Sequence record: NC_048170.1 | Length of the DNA stretch: 64,000 nucleotides | Direction: 5' to 3' (one strand) | Source of the DNA: Escherichia phage vB_EcoM_Goslar | Part shown: positions 47,469-56,076 of the stretch, in pieces | Numbering within the stretch: the stretch's first letter is position 1 | How the letters are laid out: the number at the start of each line of letters is the position of its first letter | Notes under the pieces: generated by a model | What the model was told of the DNA's origin: nothing | Seen by the model: only the letters and a program-made list of their open reading frames with translations | Databases searched by the model: none | Position numbers and translations under genes: made by a program

Positions 47469-47689
47469 TGTACACTCTCTAAATTTACGTAAATTTAAGG
47501 GCTAATGGATCGGCTGGCCGCACCAATCACAATGTGTCCGCTGCTATGCAACGGCATTCATAGAAATACCTTTTGACGGTAACATCACCCATCACACCCC
47601 AAGCAATAAGAGTGGTCGGTTAAAAACAACAGAACGTGAGGATGATATAGAAATTCACCTTTTAACACCTATTACGAGTTTATCAAGCC

Positions 47690-49189
47690 ATGAGCGAACA
47701 AGAACGAAAACCTAAGAAGAAACTGCTCGGTATTCAATGTCGACACATCAGCTATAACGAAGCGAACGATGGCAGCAAGAACGACCTCATGATCGCAAAA
47801 GAGATCATGTTCTTTGATGATAATACGCAAGCGACGAACCTTCGCTTCTTTGAGAATTACAAACGTCCGTTTTGGGTGACAGTAGAGAGTAAACGTAAGA
47901 ACAAATATAAAAAGGAAAGCGAGAAGCTGTCACATGTGCGACGCTACGATGTCCGTCAAAGTGAACTGGTTGAAAAGATCAGTTCGGTGCTTTATAAAAG
48001 ACGTGCCGATGATAACACCCGTTTACAGCAGCTTGCACGGAGTCCATACCTCTATGGAACGGACGTTAGCGCCAGCTGTTATTTAAAAACCCAATACAAT
48101 ACAAAATGGCCGGAATACGTCGATAAATTACCCGCTTCTATCGCCTGTTTCGATATCGAAACTGACGTTGTCCATGGACACGGTAAGATCGTCTGTATGT
48201 CTATTACAATGGGATACAATGCGATACTTTGCTATACCAAGGACTTCGTTGGTCATATTCCGAATGCGATTGAGAAAACTCATGAGAAGATTCGATATTA
48301 TCTGGCCGAACGTCTGAATACCAAAGAAGATCCTCACGCGTTCGAAAAATATCATTACGATGTGCGAATCGTAGAAAGTCCGGCACAAGCGGTCATCCAA
48401 TGCATGCAAAAGGTTCACGAATGGCAGCCGGATTATCTCCTCGGCTGGAATATCGCGTTCGATATTCCGCGCATGCTCCAGGCACTGAACGAGGAAGGGT
48501 ATCGTCCCGAGGATGTTTTCTCCGATCCTCGTGTACCACCTAAATATCGTATTGCTCGCTGGGTACCACCGAAGACCGACAAGGTATCTGCTTCAGGTCG
48601 TAAAACCAACCTTACCCTCGAGCAGACCTGGCCGATGTTTTATACGATGGCTACGTATCAGGTTATGGATGCGATGTGTGGCTATAAGTTCGTTCGTTTA
48701 GGAAGACCGGATGAAGGACGCTATTCACTCGATGCGGTATTAGAGCGAAATAAATGCCATACGAAATTAAAAGCGATTCCTGGTACAGAAGGGTTCACGG
48801 AGCTTGCGTGGCACGAAGAAATGCAAACGAACCATCAAATCGACTACGGCGTATATAACCTTTGGGATAACCAAGGCATCGAGGCGTTGGACCAGAAAAC
48901 AAAAGACTATTCGATGACCATCCCTATCCGTTTAGCGGCGTCGGATTTGAAAGATTTCAGTTCTAACCCTAAACGTATCTGCGATAAACTTTTCTTCGTT
49001 TATCTTAACCGTGGGGAAGTCATGGGATGCACCGCCGACGACATGACCCAGGAAGAAGATAAGTGGGTTATCTCACGAACCGGACATATCGTCACATTAC
49101 CATGCGATCTCATGGCGGACAACGGCATTCATCTCTTCTGGGATATGCCTAATTTAAGGAGCTATATTCGATTATTTGTTGCGGATTAA
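47690..49189 (+). CDS. DEDD-type 3'-5' exonuclease-like protein (499 aa); possible exonuclease part of a split family-B DNA polymerase; probable exon 1
   Basis: ORF track; motifs ACFDIETD, GWNIAFDIPRM, YGVYNLWD in canonical Exo I/II/III order; no polymerase motifs; followed by HNH ORF and intron-like core. Confidence 0.65.
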   Translation: MSEQERKPKKKLLGIQCRHISYNEANDGSKNDLMIAKEIMFFDDNTQATNLRFFENYKRPFWVTVESKRKNKYKKESEKLSHVRRYDVRQSELVEKISSVLYKRRADDNTRLQQLARSPYLYGTDVSASCYLKTQYNTKWPEYVDKLPASIACFDIETDVVHGHGKIVCMSITMGYNAILCYTKDFVGHIPNAIEKTHEKIRYYLAERLNTKEDPHAFEKYHYDVRIVESPAQAVIQCMQKVHEWQPDYLLGWNIAFDIPRMLQALNEEGYRPEDVFSDPRVPPKYRIARWVPPKTDKVSASGRKTNLTLEQTWPMFYTMATYQVMDAMCGYKFVRLGRPDEGRYSLDAVLERNKCHTKLKAIPGTEGFTELAWHEEMQTNHQIDYGVYNLWDNQGIEALDQKTKDYSMTIPIRLAASDLKDFSSNPKRICDKLFFVYLNRGEVMGCTADDMTQEEDKWVISRTGHIVTLPCDLMADNGIHLFWDMPNLRSYIRLFVAD

Positions 49190-49257
49190 CCTTCGTTCTG
49201 TAAAAGTTTACTTCATGTAAGAATCGTGTGCGGCATAAGAGAGGCCGATACATCTAG

Positions 49258-50469
49258 ATGTTACATGAGGTTTACGAGATGGAAAAATCTATACATACTC
49301 AAACTGGAACTATTGACTATCGCGATTCAGCATATTTGCCGTACACAAATCATCGTTATCGTATATTTGAAGATGGCGAGTTGTACGACTATAAAGAAGA
49401 TAGGGTCGTCCCTTACGAAGTTGTAGACGGTGTCCCTTATGTTGAAATCGATTGGTATAGAGGCATTGGAAAATACGATCTCGGTATGATCATTCTCACC
49501 GTTCTTGAACGGGTTGCTTTACCAGATCACCTTTACGATGAAATTGAATCGTTGTTTGTGGACGGAGATCCGACTAACTTTTCGTATAGCAATCACATCT
49601 ACCGTTTCCGTAATGGGCCGTTAGAAGTTGAGGGATTCGAAGGTTATTGTTATATTCCGTTTGCATCTCGTTACGCGATAAATAAAGAAGGACATTGTAT
49701 TAGTCTTCTTTCGTTGGATCCTATCACGTGGACGAAAACGGTTCAGCAAGGCACACGTCTTGGCGGATACGCTTATCGTAAAGTGGTTCCCGACAGCGGG
49801 TTTACACCGCAGTTATATCGTCACCGAGCTATCATGTTAGCGTTTACGAGATATGATGCTAACGTTGTGAACTTAACTGTAAATCATAAAAACGGAATTA
49901 AAGGTGACGATTGGTTTGACAACCTCGAATGGGCGACATATGCCGAGAACAATCAACATGCTCGTATGGCAGGGTTGTGTATAGGTACGTCAAAACCTGT
50001 TTTGGTTTATGATTACCGTGCACGAATCGAACGTCGTTTTAATAGTATCGCAGAAGCGGAACGTGCTTATCCGTACGTGCCGAAAGGACGTTTCAAATGG
50101 TGGGTAAACAATCCTCCGAAACGTATCCCAGAATGCGATTTATACATCAAGTTTGCCACGGACAATACGCCTTGGCCGGAGTGGAAACTTGGAGAAGATC
50201 GTCGTGTCGAGGACACCGACGGTCGCGGTATTCTCGCTATTAATAAAGAGACGAACGAACGACATGTGTTTCCATCAGTAACTGCTGCCGCAAATGCGTT
50301 AGGAATCTCCTGGATTACCGTAAGACGTCATTGCGATCGTCGTGCAGTACCTACGAAACAGCCTTGGTGTTTTCGTTACGCTGATGATATCGCTGCCATG
50401 CCTGATTTCGATGTTAATAAATTAGTTCCTAAGAAGAAGCGTGTATTTAATGTCCCATTAGAACGATAA
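49258..50469 (+). CDS. HNH homing endonuclease (403 aa)
   Basis: ORF track; motif TVNHKNGIKGDDWFDNLEWATYAENNQH (His-Asn-His) plus NALGISWITVRRH helix-turn-helix-like segment; alternative ATG at 49279 has GAGG upstream. Confidence 0.8.
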   Translation: MLHEVYEMEKSIHTQTGTIDYRDSAYLPYTNHRYRIFEDGELYDYKEDRVVPYEVVDGVPYVEIDWYRGIGKYDLGMIILTVLERVALPDHLYDEIESLFVDGDPTNFSYSNHIYRFRNGPLEVEGFEGYCYIPFASRYAINKEGHCISLLSLDPITWTKTVQQGTRLGGYAYRKVVPDSGFTPQLYRHRAIMLAFTRYDANVVNLTVNHKNGIKGDDWFDNLEWATYAENNQHARMAGLCIGTSKPVLVYDYRARIERRFNSIAEAERAYPYVPKGRFKWWVNNPPKRIPECDLYIKFATDNTPWPEWKLGEDRRVEDTDGRGILAINKETNERHVFPSVTAAANALGISWITVRRHCDRRAVPTKQPWCFRYADDIAAMPDFDVNKLVPKKKRVFNVPLER

Positions 50470-50945
50470 CAGGTCCCCCTACTTGTAATGAGTGGGTGAA
50501 CTCTCTTTAATTGCTGGAAACCTTTAATGCCCCTCCACACCACAACGCAATCCGAAAGGGTAAACGTGATGGTTGTCGAAAGACAGAAAAAAGTTGGAGG
50601 GGATTACCTATGTTGCAATAAAAGCCACCGCTTTCTTGGATAACGAAAGATGACGGTGGTACTAAGGGTAGAAGATAGAAATAAGGTAACCGTAGCAGCG
50701 AAGACCCTACGGACTGTCGTGACCGACTCGATGAGTTGGCGTGGTTAACACGGACAGGCTACGGGTAACGTTCAACGACCATCCGGTTGCGCGGAGTAGG
50801 AGAATTAGGATGTTCTCTGAAAAGGGAGAAGTCGGTCGAGGTGTTGTAGAAACACCATTCGGTTTGCTAACGCAAACCTAAGGCAGGCTAAGATATGGTC
50901 TATTTTTCGTTGTGTTCATGTATAGAAATTACTGAACCATCGTAA
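50470..50945 (+). ncRNA. group I intron catalytic core (candidate), 3' part of an intron carrying the HNH ORF
   Basis: P-like aattgctggaaacc 50509..50522, R-like gttcaacgacca 50770..50781, S-like aagatatggtct 50890..50901 in canonical order; R/S pairing GACCA/UGGUC is compensatory relative to canonical GACUA/UAGUC; region is ORF-free. Confidence 0.5.
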
Positions 50946-51203
50946 GAGCTCGATATATCTTCAAGCTATCCAAATGGGCAGATACTGCTCAATCTATCCA
51001 GAGCATGTGTTTTTCGTGAGCTCTCACGCATTGAGGGCGTCTCTGACTATCAATTCAGGAAGCTAGGTATCAACTTTATCACTGGAGGTAAAACGAACGC
51101 TGTAGACTTCTGTAGAATCGTTTATAAAGCGCCATCGATGTTTGAACTTTTAGAACATTTCGATGCGACGCGTCCAAAAGAGGAAGCGCGGACCATCGAA
51201 TGA
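50946..51203 (+). other. candidate 3' exon: start-less open frame ending at TGA 51201..51203
   Basis: Frame open 50946..51200, protein-like translation (..ACVFRELSRIEGVSDYQFRKLGINFITGGKTNAVDFCRIVYKAPSMFELLEHFDATRPKEEARTIE), followed by hairpin terminator 51251..51282; splice site not determined. Confidence 0.3.
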
Positions 51204-51250
51204 ATCAAGTATGTTGATCCTCGTTTAACAAAAAGAAAACGCATGCGAAG

Positions 51251-51282
51251 CCCCTCCCCCTGGCGGAAGCCGGAGGGAGGGG
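51251..51282. terminator. GC-rich hairpin cccctccc ... gggagggg, bidirectional terminator candidate
   Basis: 8-bp outer stem between convergent candidate exon (+) and gene 51289..51774 (-). Confidence 0.55.
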
Positions 51283-51288
51283 TGAGGT

Positions 51289-51774
51289 TTATGCGCGTTC
51301 GTTGCCAACCGTTACTTTGTAGTCAGCGTCGGTTAAGAAAATAGACAGGAATCCATGTTCTTTGCAAATCTTACTAAGGATGTCAGCAATGATTTCGTTG
51401 ATCATCGGCTTGTTTGCAAGGGCATAGATGTACCCGGGTGTAAAAGAAAGTGCGTGATTGATCATAGGCTCATGAGAAGCCAAGATAAGGATCACGTGAT
51501 GCTTCCCATCGTCGGTAACGACCGCTTGCGTAGACACGAAGAAATCAGTGAAGCAGCAGCGATCACAGGCTTTAGGTATATACAAGTCACCCAGAGCTTC
51601 GTCACGTGCTTTTACGTGTGTTTCAGGGGTAATGCTGCTAAGTTGATCTTCAGCGAGATCCAAGACATCCTCAATCGTTTTAAGAATAGCGTTGCGGAAA
51701 TCCTCACGGTAGAATGGGATGATATCACGATCGTTCATGTAATCGCCGGATTCGATAGTAAAGTTGATGTTCAT
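51289..51774 (-). CDS. small hypothetical protein (161 aa)
   Basis: ORF track; ATG with AGGAG 6 nt upstream. Confidence 0.65.
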   Translation of the reverse strand: MNINFTIESGDYMNDRDIIPFYREDFRNAILKTIEDVLDLAEDQLSSITPETHVKARDEALGDLYIPKACDRCCFTDFFVSTQAVVTDDGKHHVILILASHEPMINHALSFTPGYIYALANKPMINEIIADILSKICKEHGFLSIFLTDADYKVTVGNERA

Positions 51775-51884
51775 TGAATGCTCCTAGTGGTTATGTCGAT
51801 TGATTGATGTGTTAATTTATGTTTGATGGGGTATACTTGAAACTACAAATAAGGCTCTTGGCGTTGCTGTTATGGTTCAGTTCT

Positions 51885-52361
51885 TTATCCCTTGTTGGAT
51901 TCGTCAATATACTTGGTGTCGTAAGACAAATGCTGAATTAATTTTCTAGGTCTGATGAAAATACGACATGTGATAAACACATCGGGATCGTATTGTTCCA
52001 CGCAACGTCCGAAGGCTCGTTTTGCGGACTGACGCATCAAGGCTAATTCCTGATCGTTCATCTCATCATCAAATTCGATGAGTATTGTTATTTTATCGGG
52101 AAATAAATAGATAGAGTAATCGCTACCGATATCACCGTCGTCAAAACGATAATCGTTGTGGTAATGGCGGAGCTTACCTTCGTGCTCCGCCTGGTACCAC
52201 CCGACGATACTATCAAGGCCCATACCCAGGCGTCCGAATGCCTGATTAATAATATCATCAACGACGGATGCAGGTGTGGGGCCATTGAATAATCTATCCA
52301 GACATTTTTTCATCGATTTGGTTTTCACGTTCATTGTTTCTTTTCCTGTTATAGTCAACAT
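51885..52361 (-). CDS. small hypothetical protein (158 aa; alternative start 52334)
   Basis: ORF track; ATG at 52361 abuts hairpin; in-frame ATG at 52334 has AGGAAAAG upstream. Confidence 0.6.
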   Translation of the reverse strand: MLTITGKETMNVKTKSMKKCLDRLFNGPTPASVVDDIINQAFGRLGMGLDSIVGWYQAEHEGKLRHYHNDYRFDDGDIGSDYSIYLFPDKITILIEFDDEMNDQELALMRQSAKRAFGRCVEQYDPDVFITCRIFIRPRKLIQHLSYDTKYIDESNKG

Positions 52362-52364
52362 ATA

Positions 52365-52398
52365 GCCCTTCCCCGGCCTTGACGGCTAGGGAAGGGGC
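52365..52398. terminator. imperfect GC-rich hairpin gcccttcccc ... gggaaggggc
   Basis: Inverted repeat with one shifted base; 3' of stop of gene 52424..52909. Confidence 0.45.
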
Positions 52399-52423
52399 TA
52401 GGTACGTTATTTATGCTTCATTA

Positions 52424-52909
52424 TCAACCAGAGATGTTGCACGTTTCTTCTTCGTCGAGTGCGTACTCCATTGTGTAGAATTCATAACCATCGGAAAACT
52501 TGAGTGTTACTGTAATAGGGAAATCGCACGGCATAGCTGATTTCTTAAATGCGTTATTAGCAACATCAGCCAACCGACGTATAGCATCAGTCCCGCTGAC
52601 ACTGAATGGTAGTTGTATGTTGATAAGGATGCGGTGCTTGTAAACATAGAAAACAACGGTGCTGTCAAGATAAACGCTATGGAACGGTATTGTTGGGATG
52701 CGTTCCACGATGGTAAAATACGTCCCATCAATATCACTATTTCCCACTGACCACTTATCGGATTTGCGTAGATTTTCTTTGAGGAATTCGACGCTTCGAG
52801 TGACAGCCTCAGTAGTAGGTGCGACGTATGCGTCTTTATGCGTGTCGAAAAGTTCGTTGACGTTAGATTTGAATGAATACGCTGTTGCCATTTTGATAAC
52901 ACCGGTCAT
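52424..52909 (-). CDS. small hypothetical protein (161 aa), tandem paralog
   Basis: ORF track; C-terminal FPITVTLKFSDGYEFYTMEYALDEEE resembles C-terminus of gene 52952..53443. Confidence 0.65.
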   Translation of the reverse strand: MTGVIKMATAYSFKSNVNELFDTHKDAYVAPTTEAVTRSVEFLKENLRKSDKWSVGNSDIDGTYFTIVERIPTIPFHSVYLDSTVVFYVYKHRILINIQLPFSVSGTDAIRRLADVANNAFKKSAMPCDFPITVTLKFSDGYEFYTMEYALDEEETCNISG

Positions 52910-52951
52910 GTTTAATTGATGAGTATTCCATCTAGTAAGGGAATACGTTAT

Positions 52952-53443
52952 TTAGCTATCGATCTCGCCATCTTCAGGATGGTAGTGGAATTCGAATAGC
53001 CCTGAACCATCGTGCCCGCTGATTGTTAATGTAACAGGCATATCGAATCCTCGTACGCGTTTATGAAAACACTCCGCTAACTTACGTTCAGCGTAATCTA
53101 CTATTTCATCGGTTGCTTCGACGCCACCTGTTACGCTGAGCGTGATATCGATACTAATGATGTTATCATGCAACGCAAACCGCCAACGATCGATACGATT
53201 ATTATCTTCAGCAGGCGTCTCGTTTACAAGATAGATTTTATCGTCAGCTGACAAAGCGGGACTCCAGCAACGTTCGTTTATTAATTTCGCCTGGAGTTTT
53301 AGTATCGTCTGATCAATAATATCCCAACACGTAACCAGCGTGACGTCAGGCACTGAATTGAGAAGGGCGAGCACTTTATCCTTTATTTTAAGTGCTTCCG
53401 CAGGACGCCCGCAAATACCATGCATTTCAACTTTCTTATCCAT
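52952..53443 (-). CDS. small hypothetical protein (about 163 aa), tandem paralog
   Basis: ORF track frame; track start is GTG, ATG at 53443; C-terminal MPVTLTISGHDGSGLFEFHYHPEDGE. Confidence 0.65.
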   Translation of the reverse strand: MDKKVEMHGICGRPAEALKIKDKVLALLNSVPDVTLVTCWDIIDQTILKLQAKLINERCWSPALSADDKIYLVNETPAEDNNRIDRWRFALHDNIISIDITLSVTGGVEATDEIVDYAERKLAECFHKRVRGFDMPVTLTISGHDGSGLFEFHYHPEDGEIDS

Positions 53444-53495
53444 ATTCACTTCTTCACTTCTTTCTTAATCTAAATGTTAGTTGGGGATGGGATGC

Positions 53496-54098
53496 TTACA
53501 TGCTTTCTAACATATCGATGATCATGGAACCCATACCGAAACTCGGTCTCTCGCCGATGTACTCAGCAAGCTGACGATGAACGTCTTTTGGATTTCCTTC
53601 TTCACCGTCGGCATCGATGTAGACCGAAAAAGAAAATGAATCGGAATCCACGCTGATAACCAGACGGCGTTCATTGCGTTCCTTGAGTGTATCGACAATA
53701 GCCGCTTTCAGTACCGCGATCGCATTCATCGCGTGCAAGATGTCTCCATCGGGTTTCGGTAGATCGATCTTTTCTTTCAGGTCGATATTGATGTTGGTTA
53801 CAATTGGATTGAGGTCGACCTTGACATAATCGTTAGGGAAAACGCGAATAATTGCACGATCGATATCTGAACCGTAAAAGTCAACACGTGGCTTTAACAC
53901 TTCTTTGTTTGGATCCATGTTTTCATCCATCCCGGCCTGCAAGAAACGTTCTACGTTATCCAGTTCACGATAAACTGACGCTTCGATTTCTTTCAGATAG
54001 TTGGCTGCGGTTTCATGTTCTTTACGCAGCTCGTCTTTAAGGAGCTGTACGGTGACTTCACTAGAACGAATGCTGTTCGCGAATTGGGTAATTGACAT
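53496..54098 (-). CDS. small hypothetical protein (about 200 aa), possible paralog
   Basis: ORF track frame; track start is TTG, ATG at 54098 has AAGGAA 6 nt upstream; C-terminal RRLVISVDSDSFSFSVYIDADGEEG. Confidence 0.65.
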   Translation of the reverse strand: MSITQFANSIRSSEVTVQLLKDELRKEHETAANYLKEIEASVYRELDNVERFLQAGMDENMDPNKEVLKPRVDFYGSDIDRAIIRVFPNDYVKVDLNPIVTNINIDLKEKIDLPKPDGDILHAMNAIAVLKAAIVDTLKERNERRLVISVDSDSFSFSVYIDADGEEGNPKDVHRQLAEYIGERPSFGMGSMIIDMLESM

Positions 54099-54154
54099 AT
54101 CGAATTCCTTAAATTCTCTTGAGTTCAATTAATGATGAAAAGCTGTAAAAAAAA

Positions 54155-54172
54155 GGTGGGGCGAACCCCACC
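54155..54172. terminator. intrinsic terminator for minus-strand gene 54197..54622 (ggtggggcgaaccccacc plus T8 run)
   Basis: 7-bp GC stem with 4-nt loop, followed on the minus strand by 8 T (plus-strand A8 at 54147..54154). Confidence 0.75.
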
Positions 54173-54196
54173 AAAACGTCAGACACACGCAGAAAA

Positions 54197-54622
54197 TCAA
54201 TTCAGTGATGCATATAACGCATAACGACTGTAGATCTCAACCGCCGGTCCGTTATGCGTTAACAGACCATCCCGGTTGTAATACTGGAAAAATGAATAAC
54301 GTTTGTCGAAGTGATAAACAAAAGCAATGTCTTTGCCGTCAAAACCTGTGATGCGTGGTCTGTTTTTATCTAACAATGCTTTGACTTTTAACAGTGTTGC
54401 CGCACGTGCTTTAACGTTAGGGATTAATCCATCACAGTCGATATAAACGGTGTAACCTGTTTCAGATGTTGCGACGGTTGTATTACGATTGACGCGGAAG
54501 ATTTTTGTTTCGTATGTACTATCTTCAAGAATTGGGTTTTGTTTTTCGTATTTTCGTTTACGTAGAAATTCTACAACGGTGATATAGTTAGCGGTAATAT
54601 GCCCGGTTATAGCTTGTAACAT
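54197..54622 (-). CDS. small hypothetical protein (141 aa)
   Basis: ORF track; ATG start; classic terminator downstream. Confidence 0.65.
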   Translation of the reverse strand: MLQAITGHITANYITVVEFLRKRKYEKQNPILEDSTYETKIFRVNRNTTVATSETGYTVYIDCDGLIPNVKARAATLLKVKALLDKNRPRITGFDGKDIAFVYHFDKRYSFFQYYNRDGLLTHNGPAVEIYSRYALYASLN

Positions 54623-54692
54623 CTCGACATCCTTTTATATTGGATTGATTGCAATTGTCTTAAATAGATGATAAGATATTTTGCTCTTATCA

Positions 54693-54721
54693 CTAAGGTA
54701 ATGTAGTCGTGAAATAAACTG
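54693..54721. promoter_or_regulatory. conserved 28-bp intergenic motif ctaaggtaatgtagtcgtgaaataaactg (copy 2)
   Basis: 26/28 identical to 17721..17748; about 70 nt upstream of ATG 54622 on minus strand. Confidence 0.4.
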
Positions 54722-54750
54722 CGTTAACAAGAAATAAAAACAGCATAGAA

Positions 54751-54790
54751 CCCTCCTCCCCCATCCTTCAAGAGGACGGTGGGAAGAGGG
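54751..54790. terminator. imperfect GC-rich hairpin ccctcctccc ... gggaagaggg
   Basis: Inverted repeat 3' of stop of gene 54798..55199. Confidence 0.45.
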
Positions 54791-54797
54791 AGAGAGA

Positions 54798-55199
54798 TTA
54801 AATGTCGTGGACGGCATTGCCGTTTAACCAGCAATACAGTTTAACGCGACAGGAATACCGCTTCGTTGCAGCAACCATTTCATCGCGTAAACGCTGGTAG
54901 ATTTCATCCTGGTGTTCACGTTCAATGGGGTAATCAGCCCAACATTCGATCATGACGTCACCATTAGTCAGAATCGTCGTACGCATCCTGTCCTGGACAC
55001 GACGATCTTTCCCAGCATTAGGGAAATACATCCCTTCAGTACGAATAAGGTCGCCGCAGGGCATGACTAACCATTCGTTCGTTTTGCCGGTATTCTTATA
55101 ATCCATTACAGCTTGCATTGCGGTGTCAACGCTAAAAGAAACATAATTCCAAACGGATGTCCAACGATAGATTGCGGGTTGTTCGAGTGTTTCGTTCAT
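54798..55199 (-). CDS. small hypothetical protein (133 aa)
   Basis: ORF track; ATG with AGGAAAAG upstream. Confidence 0.65.
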   Translation of the reverse strand: MNETLEQPAIYRWTSVWNYVSFSVDTAMQAVMDYKNTGKTNEWLVMPCGDLIRTEGMYFPNAGKDRRVQDRMRTTILTNGDVMIECWADYPIEREHQDEIYQRLRDEMVAATKRYSCRVKLYCWLNGNAVHDI

Positions 55200-55253
55200 G
55201 GAGTGCTTTTCCTATTTTTATTTTCTGCACAGGATAAATTCAACGGCATAAAG

Positions 55254-55285
55254 CCCTTCCCTGCCCTTATATGGGGCGGGAAGAG
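55254..55285. terminator. imperfect GC-rich hairpin cccttccctgccc ... ggggcgggaag
   Basis: Inverted repeat flanked by gcataaa / tttatga arms. Confidence 0.4.
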
Positions 55286-55412
55286 TTTATGACCGCAATG
55301 AGAATCTCTCACGACAAGCTCACGACGATTATCGCATCACCCCGCGAGTGAGGGAGATCAGGATCACCTCCTACGTCGTAACGACAGCAATCCCGTTACG
55401 TCGCATTAGACG

Positions 55413-56051
55413 TTATGCAAAGCGACGCATGTAACCTGCCAGGTAGTTACGTGTATCGAAGTAGGCAATTTCAGGAATTGCGATATTAAGGTCGATAGCA
55501 CGGATTTCAACTTGGCGACGGCTTTCATCATAGATCGCATCCATCAGACGCAGTACTGTCAGGAAAGCCATGCGGGTATGGTAGTCCAGCGGCATGTTAT
55601 CGATACCGCGATACAGATAACGGTTTGCGTTAAATGCCCCTTCGCTGTTATCTTTCCAGATCTTCAGAATATCAGCAAAGGCGGTGCGGAAAACCTCAGG
55701 ATTATCCACATCCAGTAACGCACGGAAAGCAGACATTAAAGACCGCTGATGACGGATCAACGACTGCGGTGTTTGCGGCATGGTTGGACCCATTTCTTCC
55801 GCATATTTCTGGAACGGGGCAACCAGGGTTGCGGCACGAGAAGCCACGATAGAAACAGCAGGCGATTCTTTCACCGCCGGTTTCGCAGGCTTTTCTTCAA
55901 CAACGGTTTCCTTCTTCTCAACAGCGACCGTTTCCGGCTGTGCTACAACGTTGTTGGTCGGAGCAGCAGCCGCACCATTTTCCACGGCGGTCTCTACTGC
56001 TGTAATCTTTTCGTCCATTTGTGCGGAACGTTGGTCTTTATTCTTGCTCAT
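55413..56051 (-). CDS. hypothetical protein (212 aa) with Ala/Val/Glu/Lys-rich N-terminus
   Basis: ORF track; ATG with AAAGGAAA upstream. Confidence 0.7.
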   Translation of the reverse strand: MSKNKDQRSAQMDEKITAVETAVENGAAAAPTNNVVAQPETVAVEKKETVVEEKPAKPAVKESPAVSIVASRAATLVAPFQKYAEEMGPTMPQTPQSLIRHQRSLMSAFRALLDVDNPEVFRTAFADILKIWKDNSEGAFNANRYLYRGIDNMPLDYHTRMAFLTVLRLMDAIYDESRRQVEIRAIDLNIAIPEIAYFDTRNYLAGYMRRFA

Positions 56052-56076
56052 GTTTATTTCCTTTCATTTAACAAGG

